A stretch of 56,620 nt of DNA from a virus. Its lineage: Duplodnaviria; Caudoviricetes. The translations under genes were made by a program, and so were the position numbers. This document shows positions 1-9,429 of this stretch, in pieces. Location: IMG/VR virus record IMGVR_UViG_3300027754_000112, positions 1-56,620 of that record. One strand, given 5' to 3'. The notes beneath the pieces are model-generated. The model saw nothing but the letters and a program-made list of their open reading frames with translations, was not told the origin of the DNA and did no database searches. Each line of letters begins with the position of its first letter. Position 1 is the stretch's first letter.

Positions 1-2201
1 TATTATTTTCCGACTATTTTAATGGAACATCTTCATATTCAATTTCTTCCAGTAATACATTGGTTTCAGTATCATCTTCTGTATCAAACAATGCATCTTT
101 TGCATTATCGTCTTCTATTTCCGATATCACATTATATGCAGCTAAAACGTCGTCTACAACGGCATTGGAATCTGATTCTTCCGATTATTCTTTTAAGTCG
201 TATTTATCTGAGACGTCTTCATATTTGAATTATCTCGGACAAGACAATGGAACGGTTGTAAGTTCAAGTTTTTCGGAAAGAGCATTATATACTCCTCTAG
301 CATTTGATATTTTGGATAAAGATAGTGCGGTCGTCGCTATCTCTCAAAAATCGGATTTTTCATTCAAATCCGACTACAGTCTTTCTGTTGTATCAGCATC
401 ACATGCTGAATCTGTGATATATGCTAACGGTTTGTTGAAACGTTTATTTTCTTCAGTAGAATTCTTTATTACAGTAGACACGGAGGGTTCAATAATCGTT
501 AATCCAACTTCTTGGAAAAATGTTGAAAATATTTCCGTAGATCCAGCTAATATTTCTAAATCAGGTGGACGCCAAGGAAACTCCTCACTTACGCCATTTA
601 TAATTTCATTTTTGGTAAAATACAGAAAACATCCTCCAGTATTAGATACTACTGTAAATGTATCAAATATATCTACTGTGGTTATATCTTCCTTAGAACT
701 TGCACAATCAAATCTTATTACAACTGGATGGCCAGGTGGAGGAAATGGTGCTCCTTTTTGGTATTCTAGTGCATATCCATGTGGATTGGATGGATTTGTA
801 ATAAAGGTAATTGCATACTCCTGGTATATCGAGGGTGAAAGCACGTTGACGAACCCGTGGCATCTTGATCTGTTTCGCACCACTTTAAATGGTGCGAGAA
901 TATCTGCCAATGCATTTTGTAATACCGATGATATTTTGGATTTTGGACCAAATTCTGATCTGACCCAAGAAAGAAAAAAACAACTACTACCAGATAGGAT
1001 AAGTATATCCGCACGGATGTCTTTTTCAAAATATAAATCGATAGACATCGGATCCGTTACGCGTGGTGATGTCAACAATAAAATAGTACTTGCAAATTTA
1101 TCGGAAGATACCGATAAGATTGTATCAATAGCATCAGATGAAAACGGCTTTAATATAGTATTATTTAAAACCGGAAATCTATTATACGTATATGAGGAAT
1201 CCGCTGACGTAGTATATAACCCAGTCACACCCGGTCGTACTTGTAATTGTTTATATTATGATCCTCTCAATGGTCAATATATAATCGGAAATTCCAGTGG
1301 AATTGCTTATATAAGTTCAAGTATGATTTCGGGCATGGAAGGTGTTCTTGCAGATGTAAGCACATGGAAATGGAAGCTTCCGGTCTGGACGAATAATACA
1401 TTCACAAATGATGAGCAGAAAAATGTAAAATCAATATGTAGTTTAACTGCGTCTAAATATATATTTATTACAGATAATTCGTTTACAATAAAAAACACGG
1501 GGACAACGTTAAATTCATCGGTATATATACTTCCAACTCTTGGTGCCACCGGCACTTTCTCGAAAACCCCAATATCTTCAACAACTAAACCTGAAATAAC
1601 TATAAAATTAAATAGTATAACTAGAGTAAATGACACGCATGCCATTGCAGTAGGAACATATGGAGTTATTTTATATATAACTTCTAGTAAAAATTCTAAC
1701 GACAGTATAGCATATAGAGTTGATGATGAACGAAGAACTGAAGTTGGAACGCCTTTATACAACTATGCAGATATAAAAAATTTAACCGATGTAAAAGTTT
1801 ATAAGGAAAAATACGTATATGTATGTGGATATGATCAATTCGATACCGCATGTATTTTATCTGCACCCATACCGACTGAAAATCCAGAAAATGCAAAAAA
1901 TTGGATATGGACTGGAAGTATGTTGCAAGCCAAGATCAGAGAAGTATCATTGACCGGTTCTTTAAATTCTATTTTTTTATATGAAGATGAGTTTCTATCA
2001 GTTGGATCGTCTAGTATATCGGATCTGAATGTAGTATACTCTCCAGAGAGAATCGGTGATAATATAAATTTTAATTTTACAGGAAGTAAAGATATCATAT
2101 ATATATCGTCGGGTTGGTTGGGGGACAGGTCATATTTGTTAGGGGGATCACGTAATAATACACCTATATTGGATATATATACCAACACTTTTCCTGGATA
2201 A
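1..2201 (+). CDS. Ser-rich tail fibre/appendage-like protein with C-terminal beta-propeller-like region (5' end outside window)
   Basis: The frame of ORF 60..2201 is open from base 3. It has Ser-rich repeats, DNGTV and WKN motifs shared with the next two ORFs, and C-terminal 'AVGTYGVIL'/'SVGSS' blade-like repeats. Confidence 0.55.
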   Translation, partial: LFSDYFNGTSSYSISSSNTLVSVSSSVSNNASFALSSSISDITLYAAKTSSTTALESDSSDYSFKSYLSETSSYLNYLGQDNGTVVSSSFSERALYTPLAFDILDKDSAVVAISQKSDFSFKSDYSLSVVSASHAESVIYANGLLKRLFSSVEFFITVDTEGSIIVNPTSWKNVENISVDPANISKSGGRQGNSSLTPFIISFLVKYRKHPPVLDTTVNVSNISTVVISSLELAQSNLITTGWPGGGNGAPFWYSSAYPCGLDGFVIKVIAYSWYIEGESTLTNPWHLDLFRTTLNGARISANAFCNTDDILDFGPNSDLTQERKKQLLPDRISISARMSFSKYKSIDIGSVTRGDVNNKIVLANLSEDTDKIVSIASDENGFNIVLFKTGNLLYVYEESADVVYNPVTPGRTCNCLYYDPLNGQYIIGNSSGIAYISSSMISGMEGVLADVSTWKWKLPVWTNNTFTNDEQKNVKSICSLTASKYIFITDNSFTIKNTGTTLNSSVYILPTLGATGTFSKTPISSTTKPEITIKLNSITRVNDTHAIAVGTYGVILYITSSKNSNDSIAYRVDDERRTEVGTPLYNYADIKNLTDVKVYKEKYVYVCGYDQFDTACILSAPIPTENPENAKNWIWTGSMLQAKIREVSLTGSLNSIFLYEDEFLSVGSSSISDLNVVYSPERIGDNINFNFTGSKDIIYISSGWLGDRSYLLGGSRNNTPILDIYTNTFPG

Positions 2202-2203
2202 TC

Positions 2204-3346
2204 ATGAATATTATAGATTTAAAAAAATTAAATAGTATAAGTATTTGCGATTCGGATTTATTTATAGTTCAAGACGATATAGCGTCTGAAACTAAAGCAT
2301 TATTATCTGGGGATTTAGCCAATTATATACTATCATCTTCTAATTTATATAATTCGTTAAAAACCGGATCGTTTAGTGGGAGTTTTTATGGAACTTTACA
2401 CGGAACATCACTTACATCTTCCAATTCAAAATATTCTGTATATTCTGAGGATTCAAATGTATTAAATTATCCAAATAAATCTACGTCATCATTTTCAATT
2501 GAAACTTCGTCTTCATTGCGATCATCAAATTCAATTAATTCGTTGACATCTTCATATGCGTCTTCTTCAAAAAATAGTATATCGGCGTCATATGTAAATA
2601 CATATTTGGTATCAAATTCTGAAAATTCTTTTACATCATCGGTTGCGTCAGCTTCATTATATTCAAATGCATCAGATTATATTATTTATGACGGAAAAGA
2701 CAATGGAAAAGTATACAAGTCAATATTTTCAGAATATTCTCCATCCGTCAGTATTGCAAAAACATTGTCTGTAAACAATAATTCTATGGTTTCGTATTCA
2801 CTTACATCATCAATATCGGATGTATCAAATACCGCCGATTATATTGAATTTGTTAAAAAAGCAAAATATTCAGACAGTGTTTTCCAAGCAGACAATTCAA
2901 TTTTTTCTTATTGTAATTTTGATGTTTTCACGGAGGGACTTAAGTATACATTTGCAGTAAATAATTGGAAAAATTTAAAAGATCCAGGAATAGGAATTGG
3001 AGCTGGATTAAACAATAAAAATTTAATAATATTAACAGGATCTTTTGATACACCTTCTGCACACGAATTTTCTACGGTATGTTGTGATATTAATGTGAAT
3101 TTTATTCCAACGGGCATAATAGATTATCATTTTGATTCATATTCATTTCCAATAGATAAGACAGGATTTGCAGTGGCATTAAGAGTTAAAAAAATAATAT
3201 ATCATGGTGATCCTTATATACATCAGTTTATAAATAACGCAAATATTTCGGTTGTATGTTATGCTCCTTTAAATAATTATCCAAAAGAAAGACCAGGAAT
3301 TGAAATATCAAACAATTTGATATCAAATTGTGATAAAATCGGATAA
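2204..3346 (+). CDS. Ser-rich tail fibre-like structural protein (paralog)
   Basis: 380 aa. The N-terminal 'LKKL..I..SDLFIV.D..TK', 'TGSFSGSFYGTL', YPNxSTSS and DNGKV motifs are shared with neighbours. Confidence 0.55.
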   Translation: MNIIDLKKLNSISICDSDLFIVQDDIASETKALLSGDLANYILSSSNLYNSLKTGSFSGSFYGTLHGTSLTSSNSKYSVYSEDSNVLNYPNKSTSSFSIETSSSLRSSNSINSLTSSYASSSKNSISASYVNTYLVSNSENSFTSSVASASLYSNASDYIIYDGKDNGKVYKSIFSEYSPSVSIAKTLSVNNNSMVSYSLTSSISDVSNTADYIEFVKKAKYSDSVFQADNSIFSYCNFDVFTEGLKYTFAVNNWKNLKDPGIGIGAGLNNKNLIILTGSFDTPSAHEFSTVCCDINVNFIPTGIIDYHFDSYSFPIDKTGFAVALRVKKIIYHGDPYIHQFINNANISVVCYAPLNNYPKERPGIEISNNLISNCDKIG

Positions 3347-3353
3347 AATTCAT

Positions 3354-4820
3354 ATGTCATATCAAGCTACAAATTTAAAAAAATTAAAAATCGCTCAAAT
3401 AACTGGTAGCGATTTGATAATTGTTACAGACATAACAAGCAGTAATGAATTGCCAGAAACAAAAACAATCAAGTTGCAAGAACTGAAAAATTATTCAACG
3501 TCTTCGTCAAATATAAATTCCACTTTTAGAACAGGTTCATATGGCATCAATTTTTATGGAACATTGACGGGCTTTTCAGATACGTCATCATATTCGGTTA
3601 CAAGTAGTATATCAAATTATACCGATTATTTAATATATCCAAATTCATCTACATCTTCCGTTTCTATACGATCCGATTATGCAAACAATTCATTAAATTC
3701 TGATTACTCAATAAGTGCTTCTGTTTCCGATTATTCCGGATTATCTGTTTCCGCTTCTAATATTGTATTACAAGATACCAGTATAGATACGGTAAATAAG
3801 TCGGATAAATCTCTGTTTTCGGAAAGTTCAACTACATCAAGTTTATCAGAAAAAACCAGATATATTCCGTTTATTAAAGGTATAGATAACGGAACCGTTT
3901 ACCATTCATTACATAGTGATAAATCTGCATATGCTGATGTTGCATTAGAGATTGACTCATCGACTACGAATGTTGATGGCGAACTCGTGGTCGATGGCAG
4001 ACAAACAATAATGACACGGTCAATAAAATCCCTAAAATCAAAACACGCAATAAGCGCATCAAATGCGAATGAGGACATTATCGCGGAGTATGCAAAATCA
4101 GCCGACTTTGCAGACCTAGATGCAAGCGGAGAAACTTTCGCTTATATTACGTTTGTTATATCAGGTGATTCACCGGATATAACTAAATTAAACGTAGATC
4201 CTAAAGTTTGGCGTAATATAAATAATATAAAAGTATCTGCAGTTGAAACGAGCTTTATAAGCGGACTGGAAATTTCTATACACTATCAAGATCCCATTCC
4301 ACCTGGATATTATGCTACTGTAAAAGCCAATGTTTCTCCGATAAGCAATGGGTATGAAGTGAACAAGAGAATTTCTGACAAAATTTCTGACCATTTAGAC
4401 TATTTAGTTGAGAAGCAATTGGGACACACAAGCATGGTAAATTGTTGGGGATCCAGTTGTTCGTCTACTAATGGAAAAATTTCGTTATACATAAAATGGC
4501 TGGGGAGTAAAAAGAATACAAAGTGGCGTAAAGAGCCGATTTACGTATCTGTGGGGGCGGGCGCAGTATACGTAGGCGCCGGCTTGGGCGGTTTGGTCGC
4601 CTTAGCTCCAATCCCAATTGTTATGGTTGCGGCGTTAGTAATCGGGGTTCTTATATCTTTATTCACCAAGAAGAAAAACCTTACTCAGCCTTGGGGATAT
4701 TCAAGTGTCCCTGAATTTTTAAAAAATTCAATATTTTCTTTCGTTGCAACAATATCCAAGACAGCAGATTCGGGATCGATTGATGCACAGGTTCCAACAA
4801 CTCTAAACGTCAAATGTTAA
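3354..4820 (+). CDS. Ser-rich tail fibre-like structural protein (paralog) with a hydrophobic insert
   Basis: ATG 3354 is preferred over GTG 3330 because it aligns with the paralog at 2204. It has the same motifs plus a long hydrophobic segment near the C-terminus. Confidence 0.55.
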   Translation: MSYQATNLKKLKIAQITGSDLIIVTDITSSNELPETKTIKLQELKNYSTSSSNINSTFRTGSYGINFYGTLTGFSDTSSYSVTSSISNYTDYLIYPNSSTSSVSIRSDYANNSLNSDYSISASVSDYSGLSVSASNIVLQDTSIDTVNKSDKSLFSESSTTSSLSEKTRYIPFIKGIDNGTVYHSLHSDKSAYADVALEIDSSTTNVDGELVVDGRQTIMTRSIKSLKSKHAISASNANEDIIAEYAKSADFADLDASGETFAYITFVISGDSPDITKLNVDPKVWRNINNIKVSAVETSFISGLEISIHYQDPIPPGYYATVKANVSPISNGYEVNKRISDKISDHLDYLVEKQLGHTSMVNCWGSSCSSTNGKISLYIKWLGSKKNTKWRKEPIYVSVGAGAVYVGAGLGGLVALAPIPIVMVAALVIGVLISLFTKKKNLTQPWGYSSVPEFLKNSIFSFVATISKTADSGSIDAQVPTTLNVKC

Positions 4821-4852
4821 TGATTTTAAAACTTCAATGATATATATAGTAT

Positions 4853-6403
4853 ATGCCAAAAATAAGTGAATTAACACCGTATACAGGAACACTTGCTCCG
4901 GCGGACTTCTTTCCGTTGGTTCAGAGCGGTTCATTGAACGTCTTTAGAGCATCAGTTCAAAATTTAATAAGTTCAATTTCCACAGGTTCTTTTTCTGGAT
5001 CTTTTTCTGGATCTTTAAATGGAACATTCATTGGAAATATGACGGGTTCTGTTCTAGGAAACGTGAATAGTTCTTCATATTCTACTGTTGCGAAGGACTT
5101 ATTATATCCAAATTCATCTACGTCATCGTATTCTATTAAATCGTTGAATAGTGATAATTCAGATATATCAAGTTATGCGAATTCTTTGGTGTATCCAAAT
5201 TATTCGACCGCATCATATTCTATAATTTCACTGTTTAGTGATACATCAAGTTTGTCATCGAATTCAATAAATTCACTAACTAGTAGCTATTCTGTATATT
5301 CTGTATCAAGCGACAGTGCCGTATCAGCTATATCGTCAAATACAGCGATATCATCTGCATTTTGCACATTATCACAGAATTCATACAATTCAGATTTATC
5401 AATATCGTCATCATTTGCTAACACGTCATCTATATCATTCATTTCTATATACTCCAATGAATCATCGTTTGCAACGTCATCATTGACATCATCATTGAGT
5501 ATTACATCAAGTTATTCATTGAGTGCAATAAGTTCGGCATTTGCAATAACTTCTTCATTTTCGAACACTGCAAGTATTGCAAATGTTTCCGATACATCAA
5601 CATATGCATATACTTCAAGTTATAGTAATTATTCTGTAACTGCCGGAAGTTCCTCATATTCTTCTACTGCAAGTTATTTGGCAGTATTTACTCCTACAAA
5701 AACTGTAAAATTCTCTATTCCAGGTAAACATTCGTTTGTGTTGCGAAGTAATCAATTACAACAAAATGGAAATATTTATGGACCTGCTGTTTCTTCTTCG
5801 AATTTAATAAGAATAACATCAGTTGGTGCAGGTGGTGGCGGAGGTGGTGCAACATCAACTGGAATAAATGTTGGTGGTGCTGGCGGCGGTGGCGGTGCAT
5901 TTGCTCAGAGTTTTTATACAATTTCAGACATTTCATCGGACACAATTACCATTGTGGTTGGAGCTGGAGGAGCTGCTGGAACCGGTTCTTTGGGTGCGAG
6001 TGCTACATATGGAGGTGTGGGACAAACTGGTGGAGATTCCTATGTTTATGTCACTGCAAGTACATATATAGTTTATGCAGACGGTGGTTATGGTGCTGGA
6101 ACCGGTACAACTCCAAATAGCGGATCTGGTGGTCATGGCAATCTGTGTACCGGAAGTATAATATATGATGGCGGCGATGGATATACTTCTACGGATCAAT
6201 CTGGATCTGCTGGTGGCGATTGTTATGTTGGCGGTTGTGGTGGAATAAAAAATCCGTATGTATCTTCTAGTTTATCGTCATCTTGGTTTGGTTATGCCGG
6301 TGAATTCCCAGGCGGAGGTGGCGGAGGTGCGAGTTCATTTAGTTCTTCTTTTAGAGTGGATGGTGGTATCGGCGGAAATGGACAAGTTATCATTGAATGG
6401 TGA
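4853..6403 (+). CDS. Tail fibre-like protein: Ser-rich shaft plus C-terminal glycine-rich domain
   Basis: It starts 'MPKISELT..D.FP.VQ', has TASY/SSYA-type repeats, and ends in a 'GAGGGGG..GGGGGAF..VVGAGG..PGGGGGG..GGNGQVIIEW' Gly-rich domain typical of phage fibres. Confidence 0.65.
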   Translation: MPKISELTPYTGTLAPADFFPLVQSGSLNVFRASVQNLISSISTGSFSGSFSGSLNGTFIGNMTGSVLGNVNSSSYSTVAKDLLYPNSSTSSYSIKSLNSDNSDISSYANSLVYPNYSTASYSIISLFSDTSSLSSNSINSLTSSYSVYSVSSDSAVSAISSNTAISSAFCTLSQNSYNSDLSISSSFANTSSISFISIYSNESSFATSSLTSSLSITSSYSLSAISSAFAITSSFSNTASIANVSDTSTYAYTSSYSNYSVTAGSSSYSSTASYLAVFTPTKTVKFSIPGKHSFVLRSNQLQQNGNIYGPAVSSSNLIRITSVGAGGGGGGATSTGINVGGAGGGGGAFAQSFYTISDISSDTITIVVGAGGAAGTGSLGASATYGGVGQTGGDSYVYVTASTYIVYADGGYGAGTGTTPNSGSGGHGNLCTGSIIYDGGDGYTSTDQSGSAGGDCYVGGCGGIKNPYVSSSLSSSWFGYAGEFPGGGGGGASSFSSSFRVDGGIGGNGQVIIEW

Positions 6404-6425
6404 TTAAATAATATATTTGATTTTG

Positions 6426-6505
6426 CATTTCCTGATATGTATTAAAAAAGGTTAGTAGCTGTCCCATTGAAGCCTCCCTACGGCTTTAGACTGTGGGTTG
6501 TTAAC
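6426..6505 (+). mobile_element. Miniature IS200/IS605-like (TnpB omega-RNA-like) non-coding element, family B copy 1
   Basis: Homologous to 42321-42404: shared cat..cc.GATATGTATT, CTGTCC.ATTGAAGC, CCTA.GGC.TTAG.CT. The 3' part GAAGCCTCCCTACGGCTTTAGACTGTGGGTTGTTAAC resembles IS605-type right ends. Confidence 0.55.
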
Positions 6506-6540
6506 TGGTCATACCAAAATAAATCAGAATTATTTAATTT

Positions 6541-7563
6541 GTGAATATAAAAAATATATTAACTTTTCAAAACTTAGTGTTTTTCTCTTCACTTGGGTTA
6601 TCCTTTTGTTCCGCATGTTATTCAATTGTGGGGATTTCATCGTTATTTGCGGGAGCGTGGTTTTCTATAGGTGTGATGGCTGGATTTCTGGAATTATCAA
6701 AAATTGTGGCATCTAGTTTCCTTTATCGTTATTGGAATAAATCTACATTTTTTCTCAAGTTTTATTTAATAATCTCGGTAGTTGTTTTGATGATTATAAC
6801 CAGTCTGGGAATATTTGGTTATTTAACAGGTGCATATCAACAATCTGCAATAGAAAATAAAATAACGCAAGACAAGATTACAAGTATTGAGGATCAAAAG
6901 AAATACTCGCAAGATAAAATTATAACATCAAAAAAACGAATTGAAAATATAACAGTATTACGTAACAGTCAAGAGTCACGTTTGAATGAAAGTATGACAA
7001 ACAGTTTAATTGCGAGAAATCCAATTCAATTGCGTCAAATACAAGAACAAACTTCGGATTTTATTGATCAAAGTCAACATGACAGTGAAAATGAAAATCA
7101 AAAAATTCAAAAGAGTATTGATGAACTTCAATCGTTTGACAAACAGATATCAGAGTTAAAAATACAAAGCGGAAGCAAGAAAGATTTTCAAACTTTCAAA
7201 TTTGTAGCCGATGAATTTGGGGTGGAAATTAACAAAGTGGTAAAGTGGTTTATTATTGTTATTATATCGGTATTTGATCCTCTGGCAATATGTTTGTTAT
7301 GGGCGTATAATACAACATTAACTCAAAAAACAGTGGTAAATAAAACCGAAAGTATAAATAAAATTGTTGGAGATGTAGAAAAAAAAACAACCGAAGAAGT
7401 TGAAAAAGAAACCATTTTTACGGAGATAATTAGAGAAGTTCCCGTTGAAAGAATAGTTGAAAAAGAAGTAATCAAAGAAGTTCCAGTTGAAAGAATAGTT
7501 GAAAAAGAAGTAATTAGAGAAGTTCACTCTCCACAACATAAAATGGGTTATTTTAGTTTTTAA
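6541..7563 (+). CDS. Membrane protein with N-terminal TM helices, coiled coil and 'FDPLAI' TM segment
   Basis: 340 aa, GTG start, with hydrophobic helices, a heptad coiled coil and C-terminal EVPVERIVEK repeats. Confidence 0.7.
   Translation: MNIKNILTFQNLVFFSSLGLSFCSACYSIVGISSLFAGAWFSIGVMAGFLELSKIVASSFLYRYWNKSTFFLKFYLIISVVVLMIITSLGIFGYLTGAYQQSAIENKITQDKITSIEDQKKYSQDKIITSKKRIENITVLRNSQESRLNESMTNSLIARNPIQLRQIQEQTSDFIDQSQHDSENENQKIQKSIDELQSFDKQISELKIQSGSKKDFQTFKFVADEFGVEINKVVKWFIIVIISVFDPLAICLLWAYNTTLTQKTVVNKTESINKIVGDVEKKTTEEVEKETIFTEIIREVPVERIVEKEVIKEVPVERIVEKEVIREVHSPQHKMGYFSF
7435..7524 (+). repeat. 42-bp in-frame tandem repeat x2 (EVPVERIVEKEVI)
   Basis: Units begin at 7435 and 7477. Confidence 0.85.
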
Positions 7564-7644
7564 ATTAAAATTAAAAAAATTTCACTTTTTAATTGATTTT
7601 TCCAATTTAACAACTATATTTAGATATCAGTTAAAATTATATAT

Positions 7645-7782
7645 ATGGAACAAACTGACATTAAAGAAGTTATAAAATTATTAAAGTCGTCTCAAAAATT
7701 AGAAGACTGGGAAATGGTCGATGAAGTTATTTTATACTTGTCCGATTATCTTGAAGACGTATGTGAAGCCGACGAGGAATAA
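7645..7782 (+). CDS. Small acidic hypothetical protein, 45 aa (absent from ORF track)
   Basis: MEQTDIKEVIKLLKSSQKLEDWEMVDEVILYLSDYLEDVCEADEE*; it fills the gap and ends 7 nt before the next ATG. Confidence 0.65.
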   Translation: MEQTDIKEVIKLLKSSQKLEDWEMVDEVILYLSDYLEDVCEADEE

Positions 7783-7789
7783 ATAAACT

Positions 7790-8056
7790 ATGGTAATATC
7801 AGTAATTATATTAAGCGTTATATTGACGATATCAATTTGTATCAATGTGTATCTGGGTATGTCACTGGATCGTAATTTTGGAAAAATAGACACCTTGGAG
7901 AGATGGATATTAGAATTTCGTAGTGATGTAGATGTTACGCATAACAAGTTAAAAGAAATAGACGACAAACAAATGTTTCAGAAGGATGATGACGTGGGTT
8001 TTGTGTTCGCAGAAATTATAAAGTTGATTGAAAAACTTAACAAAAGGATCGAATGA
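7790..8056 (+). CDS. Small membrane-anchored hypothetical protein
   Basis: 88 aa with an N-terminal TM helix; ATGA overlap with the next gene. Confidence 0.7.
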   Translation: MVISVIILSVILTISICINVYLGMSLDRNFGKIDTLERWILEFRSDVDVTHNKLKEIDDKQMFQKDDDVGFVFAEIIKLIEKLNKRIE

Positions 8057-9021
8057 AAAAAGGAAAAAATAAAAAAATATTAAAGTTTACCAATTCAACC
8101 GTTAAAAATCCGAAGATTCCAACTAAACGGACAAGTTCTCCAAAATTTAATGGTGTTGGAATTTTAAAAAAGAAAAATATTGTTTCAAAAGAAAAGACAA
8201 AAAATAAATCTAAATTAGATAAGTCTAAAAAGATTAAGCTTGCAAAAAAACCAATCATAATCGTTCCAGAAGAAGTTGCGTCTAAAATAATCGTCCCGGA
8301 AGAAGTTGCGTCTAAAAAGTCTAAAAAAACTTCTACTAATAAAATGTATTTTACGGAAGAAACCGAACGAAATATTATTTTATATAACAAAGAAGAAAGT
8401 CAAGATGTTCGCAATGACATATATAACAATGGTATTAGACATGCATTTGATAAATTGGTAGAAAACATTTTCAATACATTTAAGTTTATATATTTTGATA
8501 ATAGTCCATCTGAAATCAAAAAGGAAACAGTTACACATTTGGTATCAAACATGCACAAGTTTGAAGAGGGTAAAGGAAAGGCATTTAGTTATTTTAGTAT
8601 AGTAGCGAAAAATTATCTGATTCTTCATAACAACGGCAATTATAAGAGATTTAATCAACATATAAGTATTTCCGAAACTCCAGATGGAACTACAATATGT
8701 TTACAATCAGAAGATGCATATCACAAAAATATCGAATTATCTGAATTTATGAAATTGATGATTGAATATTGGGAAAGGAATGTTACTAAAATCTTTACAA
8801 AAGAAAGAGATCTTAATATTGCAAATGCCGTTATTGAATTATTCAGAAACGGAAGTCGTATAGAATCATTTAATAAAAAATCTCTATATCTAAATATCAG
8901 AGAGATTTCATCTTGTAAGACACAACAGATTACGAAGGTTATAAATAAAATGAAACAGTATCAATCTATTATAGCCAAAGCATATCTGAATCGCGGTAAT
9001 CTACAACCAGGAACTTATTAA
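8053..9021 (+). CDS. Putative late sigma factor (T4 gp55-like)
   Basis: It has 'YFT..E..I..YN' and the sigma region 2-like 'KFEEGKGKAFSYFSIVAKNYL', with a Lys-rich N-terminal extension. Confidence 0.6.
   Translation: MKKGKNKKILKFTNSTVKNPKIPTKRTSSPKFNGVGILKKKNIVSKEKTKNKSKLDKSKKIKLAKKPIIIVPEEVASKIIVPEEVASKKSKKTSTNKMYFTEETERNIILYNKEESQDVRNDIYNNGIRHAFDKLVENIFNTFKFIYFDNSPSEIKKETVTHLVSNMHKFEEGKGKAFSYFSIVAKNYLILHNNGNYKRFNQHISISETPDGTTICLQSEDAYHKNIELSEFMKLMIEYWERNVTKIFTKERDLNIANAVIELFRNGSRIESFNKKSLYLNIREISSCKTQQITKVINKMKQYQSIIAKAYLNRGNLQPGTY
8257..8316 (+). repeat. 30-bp in-frame tandem repeat x2 (IIVPEEVASK)
   Basis: Seen directly in the sequence. Confidence 0.9.
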
Positions 9022-9056
9022 CAAAAACACAATCTGTTTCATATATATATAGGTAT

Positions 9057-9428
9057 ATGGATTTAGATTTTGAACTTTTTAAAGGTAAAAAATATTCTTC
9101 AGTATTGAAGGATATTGTTGTAAATTCCGAAGATAAACGCAATCAAATTGATATATTAATATCAGATTTGAGAGGAATGATCAAAACTGCGAACGATGCG
9201 ATGGTAATTGTTCCGATGATTAAAGATTATTTGGATGTTGGTGTAAGAAATGATGAACAACTAATAAAACTTGCTGCCATCGTTCAAAGAATTGTTTCAA
9301 GTAATACCTCCACTGACGAAAACGGGGGTGGCTTTGCACTGAGTGATGATGAACGAAAACAACTCATGGAAGAAGCAGAGAGGATTACCAAAGAATTGAA
9401 CTCCCCAATTCAAATAGTCAAACAATAA
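9057..9428 (+). CDS. Helical hypothetical protein
   Basis: 123 aa ORF tightly packed in the operon. Confidence 0.75.
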   Translation: MDLDFELFKGKKYSSVLKDIVVNSEDKRNQIDILISDLRGMIKTANDAMVIVPMIKDYLDVGVRNDEQLIKLAAIVQRIVSSNTSTDENGGGFALSDDERKQLMEEAERITKELNSPIQIVKQ

Positions 9429-9429
9429 T

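Noticed and set aside
374-2188. Long minus-strand ORFs (284, 151, 117 aa)
   Set aside because: They are antisense shadows of the + strand fibre gene with no recognisable motifs.
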